The notes under the pieces are model-generated. The model made no database searches. It worked only from the letters and a program-made list of their open reading frames with translations, and was not told the DNA's origin. A stretch of DNA of 60,793 bases from contig JACCRT010000054.1 in NCBI GenBank assembly GCA_013813355.1, positions 1 through 60,793 on the forward strand. Direction: 5' to 3'. The DNA is from Acidobacteriota bacterium (GTDB lineage: Bacteria; Acidobacteriota; Vicinamibacteria; Vicinamibacterales; 2-12-FULL-66-21). A program made the translations under genes and the position numbers. Positions 25,398-37,899 of this stretch are shown here, piece after piece. How positions within the stretch are numbered: the first letter of the stretch is position 1; every line of letters starts with the position of its first letter.

Positions 25398-26675
25398 GTG
25401 TTGCGACAGAGTCTCCACCTGATGCTGTGTCTCGCGCTGGGCGCGGCCGCGCCGGCCGCACAGGCGCCCGACATGGGCGTGCCACGGATCATCACCAGCA
25501 CGCAGTTCAAGCAGGCGACCGCGTTCATCCGCAGCGACTACGACCGGTTCGTGCGGGAGCTGATCACGCTCACCGAGATTCCGGCGCCGCCGTTCAAAGA
25601 GGAGCGCCGCGCGACGGCGTATCTCGAGATGCTGCGCCAGCACCGGCTGTCGGACGTCGAGATGGACGCGGAAGGGAACGTGATGGGGATTCGCCGCGGC
25701 ACGGGGGCCCCCGGTGGCCCGCTCGTGGCGGTCGTCGCGCATCTCGACACGGTGTTTCCCGAAGGCACCGACGTCACGGTGAGGCGCGAGGGGACGCGGC
25801 TGATGGCCCCCGGCATCGGCGACGATACGCGAGGCCTCGCCCTCATTCTCGCGATCATTCGCGCGATGGACGCCGCGACGTTCCAGACCGAACTGGACGT
25901 CCTGTATGTCGGCAGCGTCGGCGAGGAAGGTGAGGGGGACCTCCGAGGTGTGAAGTTCCTGTTCCAGAAAGGCACGTACAAGGATCGGATCCGGCAGTTC
26001 ATCGCCGTGGACGGCGGCGCGCAAGGCAGCATCACCACCGGTGGCGTCGGAAGCAAGCGGTACCGCGCAGTGTTCAAGGGCCCGGGCGGCCACAGCTACG
26101 GCGCGTTCGGCCTCGTGAACCCCGTGTTCGCGCTGGCGTCTGCTGCGGCCGAGTTCTCGAAGCTCCAGGTGCCGTCAAACCCGAAGACGACTTTTGGCAT
26201 CGGCGTCCTGAGGGGCGGCACCTCGGTCAACTCCATCCCGGCGGACGTCAGCATGGACGTGGACATGCGCTCGGAATCCTGCGACGAGCTCGGCAAGGTC
26301 GACAAGGCCTTCCACTCCATCGTCCGGAGCGCCGTCGAGGCCGAGAACAAGGTGCGCTCGACACGCGAGGGGCCGATCGTCGTGGATCCGCAACTGATTG
26401 GGGATCGACCCTGCGGCGAAACACCGCGGAATGCGCCGCTCGTGCAGACCGTGACGGCGGTGGTGACGGCCTTCGGGTTGAAACCGTCTTACGGGATCAG
26501 CAGCACCGACTCGAACGTGCCAATGAGCCTCGGAATCCCGGCCGTGACCATCGGCCGCGGCCCCGGCGGCCGGGCACACGCACCGGATGAGTGGACAGAC
26601 GTGGAGATCGAATCGGCCGTGCAGGCGGTGCAGGTGGCGATGACGATCGTCCTTGCGGCCGCCGGCGTGCAGTGA
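25398..26675 (+). CDS. Secreted M20/M25/M40 family metallopeptidase
   Basis: Signal peptide, AHLDTVF, GIGDD, VGEEG.G, GPGGHS, STDSN and AH..DEW. Confidence 0.9.
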   Translation: MLRQSLHLMLCLALGAAAPAAQAPDMGVPRIITSTQFKQATAFIRSDYDRFVRELITLTEIPAPPFKEERRATAYLEMLRQHRLSDVEMDAEGNVMGIRRGTGAPGGPLVAVVAHLDTVFPEGTDVTVRREGTRLMAPGIGDDTRGLALILAIIRAMDAATFQTELDVLYVGSVGEEGEGDLRGVKFLFQKGTYKDRIRQFIAVDGGAQGSITTGGVGSKRYRAVFKGPGGHSYGAFGLVNPVFALASAAAEFSKLQVPSNPKTTFGIGVLRGGTSVNSIPADVSMDVDMRSESCDELGKVDKAFHSIVRSAVEAENKVRSTREGPIVVDPQLIGDRPCGETPRNAPLVQTVTAVVTAFGLKPSYGISSTDSNVPMSLGIPAVTIGRGPGGRAHAPDEWTDVEIESAVQAVQVAMTIVLAAAGVQ

Positions 26676-26707
26676 CCGCAGTCTCTCGCGGCGCTTGCAG
26701 GAAATTG

Positions 26708-26836
26708 GTCCATCTGCACAACCTCGTCACGGTGGACAAGTCACGCGTAGACCGGCGCGTGGCGGCGCTGACGGAGGACAGGATGGGCGCGGTTTGCGGA
26801 GCGCTGGGTTTTGCTCTGGGCTGTGGCGGGGCGTAG
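26708..26836 (+). pseudogene. C-terminal fragment of a PemK/MazF family toxin
   Basis: VHLHNLVTVDKSRVDRRVAALTEDRMGAVCGALGFALGC resembles the MazF C-terminus (..l.tvdk.rl.rr.g.L....m..v..AL..alg). No start codon or antitoxin. Confidence 0.65.
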
Positions 26837-26872
26837 GGCCCCGCCCTGCGGAGGGCCTGGTTCCCGCCCTAC
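26833..26872. repeat. 40-bp element bounded by inverted GTAGGGC / GCCCTAC
   Basis: Each GTAG contains the TAG stop of one of the two convergent flanking reading frames. Confidence 0.6.
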
Positions 26873-28269
26873 CCGACCATCTCCATCACGCGGCGGCCGC
26901 CGCGCGCGTAGTCGATGCCGAGCGTCTTGATCTTGTAGTTCATCACGCGCGGGCTGATCGACAGCAGTTCGGCGGCGTCCTTCTGCACCCAGTTCGACAT
27001 CTTGAGCGCCTCGATGATCGCCTGGCGCTCGATCTCCTCGAGCGCGATGCCGGTGGGCGGGATCTTGACGACCGTGGTCAGCTCTCCAGACGGCTGAGTG
27101 GTCGTCAGCTCGCCGAGGCTCATGTCCTGGCTCGAGAGCTGCGGTCCCTCGGTCAGCAGCACCGCACGCTCGATCGCGTTTTCGAGCTCCCGGATGTTGC
27201 CGGGCCAGTTGTAGCGCATCAGCAGCTTCTGCGCATCGGGTGAAATCCCGTCCACGCGCTTCTTGAGTTCCCCGGCGAAGCGGCGCAGGAAGAAGGAGGC
27301 CAGCTGCCCGATGTCGTCCTTCCGCTCGCGCAGCGGCGGCATCTCGACCGACACGACGTTGAGGCGGTAGTAGAGGTCTTCGCGGAAGAGCCCGTTGGCA
27401 ACCATCTGCTGCAGGTTGCGGTTCGTTGCCGTGATGAGCCGGACGTCGACGCGCAGGGTTCGCGTCCCGCCGAGCCGCTCGAATTCGTTCTCCTGCAGGA
27501 CGCGCAGGATCCTGGCCTGCGTATTCTGGCTCATGTCCCCGATCTCGTCGAGGAAGAGCGTGCCGCCGTCGGCCTGCTCGAAGCGGCCCACGCGCTGCTT
27601 GTCGGCGCCCGTGAACGCCCCTTTCTCGTGGCCGAACAGCTCGGACTCGAGCAGATTTTCCTGCAGCGCGGCGCAGTTGACCTTCACGAAGTTTCGCCCG
27701 GCGCGCAGGGAGTTGTGATGGATGGCGCCGGCGATGAGCTCTTTGCCGGTCCCCGTCTCACCCCGGATGAGGCAGGTCGTGTTGCTCTTGGCGACCTTCT
27801 TGACAATGGTCAGGACCGACTGGAGCGCGCCGCTGGCGCCCACGATCCGGTCGAAGTCATAGATGTCTCCCTGCGTGTGGCGGAGGTACTCGATCTCGTG
27901 CTTGAGGCGCCTGTGCTCGATGGCCTTCGCGATCTTGAGCTCCATCTCCTCGATTTCGAACGGCTTCTGCACGTAGTCGAACGCGCCGATCTTCATCGCC
28001 TCGACGGCGGTGTGGATCGACCCGAACGCCGTCATGAGGATGACGGCGGTATTCGGGTGGAGCGACTTGGCCGTGCGCAGCACGTCCATGCCGTCGCTGC
28101 CCCCCATCTTCAAATCGCTGAGCACGACGTCATACTGGCCCTCGTGGAGCCTCTCTATGGCCACGTTGCCGTTGGGCGCCTCATCGACGTCGTGCTGCGC
28201 ATCTGACAGCGCGCGCACGATGCCGCGGCGGAGTGAATCGTGGTCGTCTGCTACGAGAATCCGGCCCAT
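26869..28269 (-). CDS. Sigma54-dependent response regulator (NtrC/PilR family)
   Basis: REC domain (ILVADD, SDLKM, KP), AAA+ GETGTGKE, GAFTGA and LFLDEIG, C-terminal HTH. Confidence 0.96.
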   Translation of the reverse strand: MGRILVADDHDSLRRGIVRALSDAQHDVDEAPNGNVAIERLHEGQYDVVLSDLKMGGSDGMDVLRTAKSLHPNTAVILMTAFGSIHTAVEAMKIGAFDYVQKPFEIEEMELKIAKAIEHRRLKHEIEYLRHTQGDIYDFDRIVGASGALQSVLTIVKKVAKSNTTCLIRGETGTGKELIAGAIHHNSLRAGRNFVKVNCAALQENLLESELFGHEKGAFTGADKQRVGRFEQADGGTLFLDEIGDMSQNTQARILRVLQENEFERLGGTRTLRVDVRLITATNRNLQQMVANGLFREDLYYRLNVVSVEMPPLRERKDDIGQLASFFLRRFAGELKKRVDGISPDAQKLLMRYNWPGNIRELENAIERAVLLTEGPQLSSQDMSLGELTTTQPSGELTTVVKIPPTGIALEEIERQAIIEALKMSNWVQKDAAELLSISPRVMNYKIKTLGIDYARGGRRVMEMVG

Positions 28270-28304
28270 TGACTGCCTCTCTGAACTGCCGCTGCGGCAG
28301 GAAC

Positions 28305-29516
28305 CTATCGGAACAACTCGTGGCTGCCGCTAATCGGCAGCGTTACCCGGAACCGCGTGCCCCCGGTGGTGGGCTCCGCACTGACATCGATACGGCCGTC
28401 GTGCGCGTCGACAATCTTGCGAACGATCGCCAGGCCCAGCCCCGAGCCCTTCGGTTTGGTCGTGAAGAACGGGCTGAAAGCGCGCTCCATGACCTCAGCC
28501 GGCATGCCGGGTCCGTTGTCGTTCACTTCGACCAGGATCATCGGGGCCGCGTGCGGTTCGACGCCCGCGGTGGTCTCGTCCTCGGCCGGCAGCAGGCTGG
28601 CCGTCAGGGCGACCGTGCCGCCGCCGCCAAGCGCCTCGAACGCGTTCGTCAGCAGGTTGGTGAACAATTGCCGGAGCTGGTGCGGATCTCCCTGGATGGG
28701 GGAGAGCTCCTCGGGGAGCGCCACCGACACCTGAACGTCGCCGCGTCGCACGTGGCTCTCCGCCATCGTGATGGCATCTCGGAAGACATCGGCCAGCGCC
28801 ACGCGCTCGACCTGCAGCCGGATGGGCCGCACGAAGTCGAGCACCTCGAGGACGATGGCGTTGGCCATCTTGGCTTCCTTGATGATGTCCCGGAGGATGC
28901 TCTGTGCGTCCGGCGAGTCGGTCAGCTGCCGCCTGAGTACGCCGGCCATCACCTCGATCCCGGCCAGCGGGTTCTTGACCTCGTGCGCGATCGCCGCCGC
29001 CATTTCGCCGAGCGCCGCGAGGCGGTCCCGCAGCCGCTCCCGTTCCTCGAGCTGCTCGACCCGGGTGAGGTCCTTGAAGAACAGCGTCGCGCCCGTGACG
29101 CCGCCCTCGTCGTCGCGGACCTGCGACAGGGTGTAGCCGATCACCTTACCGGTGCTCTTGAGCCGCAGCTCCGCCCGGTTCGGGAGGTGCGAGAGCTCAA
29201 AGGCGCCAGAAAAAATGCGAGCGACGTCGGGTCGATCCTTGAGCACCTCGACCAGCGGCAGGCCGATGTCGGTCGTCCGCGGCTTGAGACCCAGGATGCG
29301 GTAGGCCACCTCGTTCATCACCGCAATCCGCGCGTCGCGCGTGACCGCCAGGACGCCGTTTCGCAGGTTCCAGACCAGGTCCCGGTAGAAAGTCTCGCTG
29401 GCAACCGAGAAGGCGGAGTCGGACGCCGTCTGCCGAACGGAGTCGTGTGAGGCGGTCTTCCGGGGCCTGCCCGGCGAGGTGCGGGCACCGGCAGCCCGCG
29501 GTTTTCGGACAGGCAT
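28305..29516 (-). CDS. Soluble PAS-domain sensor histidine kinase
   Basis: PAS-like region, H-box AHEVKNPL, NLLTNA, DNGPG, PFFTTK.KGSGLGL. No TM helix. Start uncertain (ATG 29516 chosen). Confidence 0.92.
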   Translation of the reverse strand: MPVRKPRAAGARTSPGRPRKTASHDSVRQTASDSAFSVASETFYRDLVWNLRNGVLAVTRDARIAVMNEVAYRILGLKPRTTDIGLPLVEVLKDRPDVARIFSGAFELSHLPNRAELRLKSTGKVIGYTLSQVRDDEGGVTGATLFFKDLTRVEQLEERERLRDRLAALGEMAAAIAHEVKNPLAGIEVMAGVLRRQLTDSPDAQSILRDIIKEAKMANAIVLEVLDFVRPIRLQVERVALADVFRDAITMAESHVRRGDVQVSVALPEELSPIQGDPHQLRQLFTNLLTNAFEALGGGGTVALTASLLPAEDETTAGVEPHAAPMILVEVNDNGPGMPAEVMERAFSPFFTTKPKGSGLGLAIVRKIVDAHDGRIDVSAEPTTGGTRFRVTLPISGSHELFR

Positions 29517-29670
29517 GGCGGAGTGGTCCCCAGGACCCGCCGGGGTCTCGGGCGTCCGTATTGTAATGGACCGGTTGTCGTCCGCCAAACGCTTTTCCAT
29601 CTGTAAGTTACGAGTGCAATCTGAGACATGCCGGCTGCAGGAGCGCGGGGCACGGCCAGAGTTCGCAGGC

Positions 29671-29685
29671 GCAAAGCGTGTACCC
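29671..29685 (-). promoter_or_regulatory. Possible sigma54 promoter for the kinase-regulator operon
   Basis: Minus strand GGGTACACGCTTTGC fits GG-N10-GC with TTGC. Confidence 0.4.
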
Positions 29686-29776
29686 GGCAAGGGCGCACAT
29701 ACCGTGGAAATTCCCTAGGATTTTAGCGCACATGCGCCGCAGGAAAGGCTGAGCTAATGACGGTTCTGGTAAAAAA

Positions 29777-31786
<2,010 letters not shown>

Positions 31787-32012
31787 GGGTCGAAAGGGCG
31801 AGGAGCGTGCGGTTCGGGCCCGCTAAAACGTGTCATTTTAGCACAGCCGCACTCGGCACCGGCCCTCCCGACGCGTGTCCACAAGCACGGCCTGCGTCAG
31901 CTAAAGCTCCCAGACATGCCACTTAGTCGCAAAGAGTTCCTCCGATGCGTGTCGGTCGAAGCCTTGTGGCCGCCGTGGCGGAAAGGTGTGAAGGACCGTG
32001 CAGCGCGGAAGG

Positions 32013-32600
32013 CTATTCGCCGAGCGCCTTGGCGGCCGCCGCGAGCACACGGGGCACGCGGAAGGGCTTGGTGAGGTACCCGGCGACGCCCAGGTTTACC
32101 GCTTCGATGGCGCTGGCCTCGGTCGAGAAGCCGGTGACGATGATCACGGGGATGTCGGGCTTCATGCGGCGCGCCTCGCGGATCACCGCCAGGCCGTCAA
32201 CGCCCGGCATCTTCAGGTCGGTAATCAGCAGGTCGTAGGGCACCATGCGCAGCCGCTCGAGCGCCGTCCGGCCGTCCGGCGCCAGGTCCACGTCGTACTC
32301 GGCCAAGGCGAGTGTCTTCGACAGCAGATCCCGGATGTTCGCCTCGTCGTCCACCACAAGAATCCGCGGTCGTCCGGCTGGGAGGAGAGGGGTCCGGGAG
32401 GTGATTGCAGCCGCCGAGCGCGCGGCACGCGGGCGCTGGCTTTCGAGCCACGCGTCGATGTCCCTCTTTCTGAACCGCCACTGGCGCCCGACCCGCACCG
32501 CGGGAATTTTTCGCGCCTTGATGAGGCGATACACCGTACGGAGATTCACCTGGAGGTACTCGAGGACCTCCTCGGTCGTCAGAAAGCCTTCATCAACCAC
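32013..32600 (-). CDS. Response regulator with N-terminal excisionase-like HTH and C-terminal receiver domain
   Basis: FLTTEEVLEYLQVNLRTVYRLI...IPAVRVGRQWRF...ID.WL, then ILVVDDE, TDLKMP and KPF. Confidence 0.92.
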   Translation of the reverse strand: MVDEGFLTTEEVLEYLQVNLRTVYRLIKARKIPAVRVGRQWRFRKRDIDAWLESQRPRAARSAAAITSRTPLLPAGRPRILVVDDEANIRDLLSKTLALAEYDVDLAPDGRTALERLRMVPYDLLITDLKMPGVDGLAVIREARRMKPDIPVIIVTGFSTEASAIEAVNLGVAGYLTKPFRVPRVLAAAAKALGE

Positions 32601-32675
32601 GATGAACGTACTCTACCAGACTCCAGCGACGAACGGCCCGATGTGCTCAGGGTCGGACGCGCGCCATACTGCGTG

Positions 32676-34691
32676 TTACGTGCGGGCCTGCCGGGCCGAC
32701 GCGCCGCCAGGCGCAAAGGCCGGGAGGTCGATGGTTAAAATCGCGCCGCCCTCCGGCGCGTTGGCCGCCAGGATGCTGCCGCCGTGTTCCTGGATGATCC
32801 CGTAGGTAATCGCCAGGCCGAGGCCGGTGCCCGCTCCGACGTCCTTGGTGGTGAAGAACGGGTCGAAAATCCTGGGGAGGAGATCGCCGGGGATCCCCGG
32901 GCCCGTGTCACGGATGGCAGTGCGCACTGCGCCGGTGTCGGTCCTCGAGACGGTGATCTCGATCCGGCCAGGGGCGGCGCCTTCCCCCGCGCGTGGGGTG
33001 AGGACGGCGTGCTCGGCATTGATCAGAATGTTCAGAAAGGCCTGCTGGAGGAGCGACGGATCGCCGCTGATGGCGGGAATCTCCTCCGGCACGCGGCGCA
33101 CGACGGTGATGTGCGCCCTGCGCAGCGCGGCCGCCCGACTGGCGACGGCGCGCGCCAGGACGCGTTCGATCCTGACACGACGCCGGGCCATTCTGCGCGA
33201 CCCGGCGAACACCAGCAGGTTCCGGACGATCTTCGCCGCGCGGTCCCCTTCCTGGTAGATGCGTTTCAGAGTGGGGCGGAGGGGCCGCGCCACCTCGGAG
33301 GTGGTCATCAGCAGTTCGAGATGCCCCAGCACGCCCTGGAGCGGGTTGTTCATTTCGTGCGCGATGCCCGCCACGAATTGCCCCAGGGATGCCAGCTTCT
33401 CACTCTGTGCGAGTCGCGCGCGCAAGGCGGCCTGCTCGCGCTCGAGAAGCGTTTGTGCCGTGATGTCCCTCATCACCACGACTTGGCCCATCGACTGACC
33501 GTGCTGGTTGAGGAGCGGCGTGACCGTGGCGGCGAAGACACCGTCGAGTTGCTCGCTGGTGAACTGGCGGGTCCGCACAGCCGCCGGGCCTTCGCCCGGT
33601 TCGGCGCGTGACACCCAGGACGCCAAGTCCTCGCCAACGAGCGCGTCGAAAGGCTCCCTGAGCAGTCCGGTGCGCGGCGCCTCTACCCTCGCGGCGAACG
33701 CCTCGTTGGTCTGCACGACCCGTTGCTGCGTGTCCACGACCACGACAAGATCGGCGAGCGAATTGAACGTATCCTCCAGCAGGCGGTGGTGCTGCAGGAG
33801 CTGACCCACCAGCTGTACGTTCTCGATGGCACTCGACAGCTGGCGCGCCAGTTCATGGGCGATGTCGAGGTACTCTCCATCGTCGAGATCCCCGGGTGCC
33901 CCTTCGATCACCACCGTGCCGAGTGCGCGGCGCCACCCCCGCAGCGGCGCCAGCAACTCGACCGTCCCGGCGGCGGGGTCCAGTCGCGGGCGCTCCAGTC
34001 GAAGTCCACGCGCGGGCGGGTCCGCGGCGTGGGCCGCCACCGGTGGGCTGATCCACGCGGCGTCCGAGCAGCCCGCCAGCGACAGCGTGCGCTCGCCGCG
34101 ATCGTGCAGCCAGATCGCTACCTGGCGCGTGCCGAAGAGCGCGTTGGTGTCGAGTGCCAGCGCGTCGAGCGAAGTGCGGAGGCTGCGCGTGGCGGTGACG
34201 CCGCGCGTGAAGACCCGGAAAATGCCCTGCAGCTCGAGGAAGAGCGTCTGCCGCTTGGTGAGGCGTGTCACGCGGAGCGCCAGGCTGAACTCGGTTCGCG
34301 CTCGCGCGGCGGCGGTCACGGCGGAGGCGCTGAACCCGACCCCCGTCACCAGCAGGAAGGCGGTGCCGCCGTCTTCGACGAGGGGCACGATCAGGACCTC
34401 GTGACCCTCGAGGCGATCGGCCAGGCCCGGCAGTGCGGCCAGGGGGCGGACAGTCGGGCCCTCGAGCGCCGCTGCCGCGAAGTCGGCGGAAAACTCCGCG
34501 CCGACCCACGCACCCTCCAGCGTGCTGAACCCACGTCCCGACGACGCACGGTAGCCCCCCGATCGGACGTCCCGTTGCAGCAGGACCGAGGCCAGGCCAC
34601 CGGTGGCGGCCAGGACCTGTCGATGCAATTCCGGCAGCAGGTCCGCCGTCGGCGTACCGTGCAGGGTGGGTGGCTGCGAGGAAGAGTTCAT
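32676..34691 (-). CDS. Soluble GAF/PAS sensor histidine kinase
   Basis: GAF-like N-terminal regions, [33 protein letters not shown] and PFFTTK..G.GTGLGL. Confidence 0.92.
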   Translation of the reverse strand: MNSSSQPPTLHGTPTADLLPELHRQVLAATGGLASVLLQRDVRSGGYRASSGRGFSTLEGAWVGAEFSADFAAAALEGPTVRPLAALPGLADRLEGHEVLIVPLVEDGGTAFLLVTGVGFSASAVTAAARARTEFSLALRVTRLTKRQTLFLELQGIFRVFTRGVTATRSLRTSLDALALDTNALFGTRQVAIWLHDRGERTLSLAGCSDAAWISPPVAAHAADPPARGLRLERPRLDPAAGTVELLAPLRGWRRALGTVVIEGAPGDLDDGEYLDIAHELARQLSSAIENVQLVGQLLQHHRLLEDTFNSLADLVVVVDTQQRVVQTNEAFAARVEAPRTGLLREPFDALVGEDLASWVSRAEPGEGPAAVRTRQFTSEQLDGVFAATVTPLLNQHGQSMGQVVVMRDITAQTLLEREQAALRARLAQSEKLASLGQFVAGIAHEMNNPLQGVLGHLELLMTTSEVARPLRPTLKRIYQEGDRAAKIVRNLLVFAGSRRMARRRVRIERVLARAVASRAAALRRAHITVVRRVPEEIPAISGDPSLLQQAFLNILINAEHAVLTPRAGEGAAPGRIEITVSRTDTGAVRTAIRDTGPGIPGDLLPRIFDPFFTTKDVGAGTGLGLAITYGIIQEHGGSILAANAPEGGAILTIDLPAFAPGGASARQART

Positions 34692-34799
34692 GCGGGGAGT
34701 CGCGGCTCATTCTAATCCCGGAACGCACCGGCGAGGAGGGGCTCGCTCGTAAAGCGTTGACTCGAAAAGGTAACATGGCGACCGACTGCTGCGCGCCCG

Positions 34800-35495
34800 G
34801 TGGCGTCTAAAGCATCGGACGGCGGGCGAACGGCAAAAACGCCAGGATCCTCGGATTTGACGACAACCGACGAAGAGCTGGTCGCCCGCTCGAAAGGGGG
34901 CGATCTCGACAGCTTCAACCAGCTCGTCTTGCGCTGGGAACGGCCGATTTATGCCTTGGCGTACCGGGTCATCGGGCGCGAGGAAGACGCTCGCGACGTC
35001 GCGCAGGAAACATTCCTGCGGGCGTTCCGGGCGCTCAGCGGCTTCAAGGGGCAGGCGAAGTTTTCGTCCTGGCTCTACCGGATCACCCTCAATCTCTGCC
35101 GCGACTGGATGCGGCGGCAGCGCCGTGCCCCGGTGTCGCAGGCGCCGGAGGGTATCGATATCATCGAGCTGGCAGGCGAGGGGGAACCCTCCGAGTCGGT
35201 CGAGGATCTCATCGCCCGGCGACAGCTGGGCCGGGCAGTTGGGAAGGCAATGTCCCTGCTCCCCGAGGAGCAGCGCACGGCGATCATCCTGAAGGAGTAT
35301 CACGGCCTCACCTTTCAGGAGATTGCCGAGATGCAGGATTGCCCCTTGAGCACGGTCAAAACACGGTTGTACCAAGGGCTGACGGTGCTGCGGCGGCAAC
35401 TGCAGGATGCCGGGGTCGAGACCATCTTCGGGGGCACGCGAGGGCCGGCGCACATTGTGAGCGTGGCATCAAGGAAACTGGAAGGCAGGCGGTGA
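34800..35495 (+). CDS. ECF RNA polymerase sigma-70 factor
   Basis: DEELV....GD..SF, DARDVAQETFLRA, FSSWLYRI..N and LTFQEIA....PLSTVKTRLY. The true start may be TTG 34857. Confidence 0.95.
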   Translation: MASKASDGGRTAKTPGSSDLTTTDEELVARSKGGDLDSFNQLVLRWERPIYALAYRVIGREEDARDVAQETFLRAFRALSGFKGQAKFSSWLYRITLNLCRDWMRRQRRAPVSQAPEGIDIIELAGEGEPSESVEDLIARRQLGRAVGKAMSLLPEEQRTAIILKEYHGLTFQEIAEMQDCPLSTVKTRLYQGLTVLRRQLQDAGVETIFGGTRGPAHIVSVASRKLEGRR

Positions 35496-35503
35496 GAACC
35501 GGA

Positions 35504-36295
35504 ATGTGCGATAACGCCGAACGAAACCAGCAGCTCGTTGGCTACGTGTACGACGAGCTCGACGTGGAAGAGCGGAAAGCCTTCGAGGCGCACCTCGCCA
35601 ATTGCGGGGCATGCCGCGTGGAAGTCGCGGGTCTGGGGACGACCCGCGAGCGGATGGCCGCCTGGGGGCCGCCCGACGCTGACGTCGCCGGGACGGGGCT
35701 GCGACTGGTGCGCGCGGCCGAGGCGCCCGCCGCACCGGTCCAGGCCCGATTGCGGCTTCCGGCCTGGGGGCTGGCCGCCGCCGCGGCGCTCGTGCTCGCC
35801 GCCTCGGCCGCCCTTGCCAATCTCGAGGTGCGGGTCGGTTCCGATGGTCTCGTCGTCCGCACCGGCTGGGCGCAGGCGGCGGCTCCCAGCGAAACGGCCC
35901 CTCAGGTGGCGACCGTCGCATCGACCGAGGACGCCGAGTCCTGGAACGCGATCGTGGCACAGCTGCAAGCCCGGCTCGACGAACTCGAAGGAGAGCTGGC
36001 CGCCCGCGGAATGGAACCGGGCATCCGGGCCGCGGCGACCCCCGGCGGGCCCTCGGACGCCGACGTGTGGCGACGGGTCCGCGAGATCGTCGCGCAAAGC
36101 GAGCGACGACAGCAGGGAGAAGTCAGGGCGCTGATGTCTCAGATGGTGCGCGAGCTCGAAGGGCAGCGGCGCAGCGACATCGCCCTCATCCAGCAGGGGA
36201 TGGGGCAATATCACGGCCTCACGAATGCCGAAATCGCGCAGCAGCGTGACGTGATTAACCAGCTCGTCCGCGTAGCCTCGCGGCAGGAGAGGTAA
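35504..36295 (+). CDS. Zinc-finger (zf-HC2) transmembrane anti-sigma factor
   Basis: FEAHLANCGAC (Hx3Cx2C), one TM helix, directly downstream of the ECF gene. Start ATG 35504. Confidence 0.88.
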   Translation: MCDNAERNQQLVGYVYDELDVEERKAFEAHLANCGACRVEVAGLGTTRERMAAWGPPDADVAGTGLRLVRAAEAPAAPVQARLRLPAWGLAAAAALVLAASAALANLEVRVGSDGLVVRTGWAQAAAPSETAPQVATVASTEDAESWNAIVAQLQARLDELEGELAARGMEPGIRAAATPGGPSDADVWRRVREIVAQSERRQQGEVRALMSQMVRELEGQRRSDIALIQQGMGQYHGLTNAEIAQQRDVINQLVRVASRQER

Positions 36296-37056
36296 TGCAG
36301 CAGAAATTCATCGGGGCGCACGTGTATTTTCTTGTCCTGGCCGGGGCTCTCACGGCGGGCGCCCTGCCAGCGGGGGCCCAGGAGCCGCCCCTTCCGCCGA
36401 CCGGGCCGCCGCCGGTTCAGGTCTTCCCGCCGGCCGCGCAGGATCCGGTCGGCGAACCTGAGCTGGTGATGAAGCCTGAGCAGGCGCCCCGCGCCATCGA
36501 CCCCCTGCGTCGCCGCGAACAGATCGTGGCGATGGAGGGGCTGCTGACGTCGGCGGTCAAGAGCGGCGCGACCGCCGCAGCGCGCCAGATGCAGGCGCTC
36601 GAGCCGGGCCTCCAGTTATTCACGGGCGTGGCCCGTGCCAAGGGCTTCTACCTGGATGACTACGGGGTTTTCTTTCACGTCGAGATTCCGGGCGTATCGC
36701 CCAGCGTGAGCTGGCTGCTGAACATGGCGCGCGAGCCGAGCGCGTTTGAGGGTGAACGGGCCCAGCCCACGCGCGCCTCGGAGCGCGCGACAATGGGCTT
36801 CGATCCCGACGCGGCCTACGTGCTGGCCGTGCAGCAGAAACTGATCGACGCCATGCTCGACTACCGGATCGACCTGCAGTCGGCCGAGTGGCTTACGGTA
36901 GCGGCACGCGACGGCGAGGGGCCTATGAATCCCGGCCAGATCGTCGAGAGCGCCATGATGATCCTGCGGGTGCGAGCTTCCGACCTCGCCGACTACTATG
37001 CCAGCCGCATCACCCGGGAGGAGATTCGCCGGAAGGTCGAGGTCAGGGAGTTCTGA
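36295..37056 (+). CDS. Secreted hypothetical protein
   Basis: TAATG coupling with the anti-sigma gene, signal peptide, Pro-rich linker, ARAKGFYLDDYGVFF. Confidence 0.75.
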   Translation: MQQKFIGAHVYFLVLAGALTAGALPAGAQEPPLPPTGPPPVQVFPPAAQDPVGEPELVMKPEQAPRAIDPLRRREQIVAMEGLLTSAVKSGATAAARQMQALEPGLQLFTGVARAKGFYLDDYGVFFHVEIPGVSPSVSWLLNMAREPSAFEGERAQPTRASERATMGFDPDAAYVLAVQQKLIDAMLDYRIDLQSAEWLTVAARDGEGPMNPGQIVESAMMILRVRASDLADYYASRITREEIRRKVEVREF

Positions 37057-37070
37057 TCTACAATCCGCTG

Positions 37071-37568
37071 ATGCACGGCCGCTGGCTGCGGGCGCTATCG
37101 GTCGCCCTTCCGCTTCTTGCCTGGACTGCCTCGACAGGCTGCGGGCCCACCCTCGTTGACCTCGATGCCACGCTCGAACTGGTCGACGTCGGCTCCGGCT
37201 GGAGCCAGGAAGCCAAGGGTGGCCAAACGCGGATTGTGCCCACTGTCTCGTTCCGGCTGGCGAAGCGCGCGCCCGATACCCCGCTTGACCGCGTGTCGCT
37301 GAACATCACGTTCCGCCGACAGCCGGGCGACGAGCAGTTCGACGACATCTACCTGCAGCGCGTGGCGATTGGCCCTGAGGGCTCCGAGCCGTTGACCGTC
37401 CGTGCCGACACCGGCTACACGGGCGAGGCGCCCCAGACGGGCGCCGACATGCTGCTGCACGCCGATTTCCGTGACTTGAGTGTGCGCATCCTGGCGCGGC
37501 AGTCGTCCGGACGCTGGACCGAGCTGTACACGGGCCCCATCGAGCGTCGCCTGCTTCTCGCCCGCTAG
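37071..37568 (+). CDS. Hypothetical lipoprotein
   Basis: MHGRWLRALSVALPLLAWTASTGC lipobox-like. TACAAT lies 6 nt upstream of the ATG. Confidence 0.7.
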   Translation: MHGRWLRALSVALPLLAWTASTGCGPTLVDLDATLELVDVGSGWSQEAKGGQTRIVPTVSFRLAKRAPDTPLDRVSLNITFRRQPGDEQFDDIYLQRVAIGPEGSEPLTVRADTGYTGEAPQTGADMLLHADFRDLSVRILARQSSGRWTELYTGPIERRLLLAR

Positions 37569-37843
37569 TCCCTGGAAGCGTGATGCGTCACATACGTCCC
37601 GGGCGGGGCATGGGTGCCGGTGAGGTTCCGCGAGGAGTACGAGCGCGGGTCCCAGGCGGCCGGACGCCGCGGCCAGGAACACGAACGGATCCACTGCGAG
37701 GCGGTGGAGTGACCTACCCTGTCACAGGGGCAGCGGACAATGGCTTCGCCGAGATCGCATGGGGGTGGCCAACTGGTCCCGGGGAGAGTTGAGGACCGGG
37801 ACTCAGATTCGCAGAGGCGATGACATCCCAAGGCATCCCGGCG

Positions 37844-37873
37844 CTCCACGACCCTCGGGGAAGGGTCGTGGAG
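37844..37873. terminator. 12-bp perfect hairpin between convergent genes
   Basis: CTCCACGACCCT-CGGGGA-AGGGTCGTGGAG. No U-tract. Confidence 0.55.
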
Positions 37874-37899
37874 GTGGAGGGGTGGTGGTCGTGCAGGCT

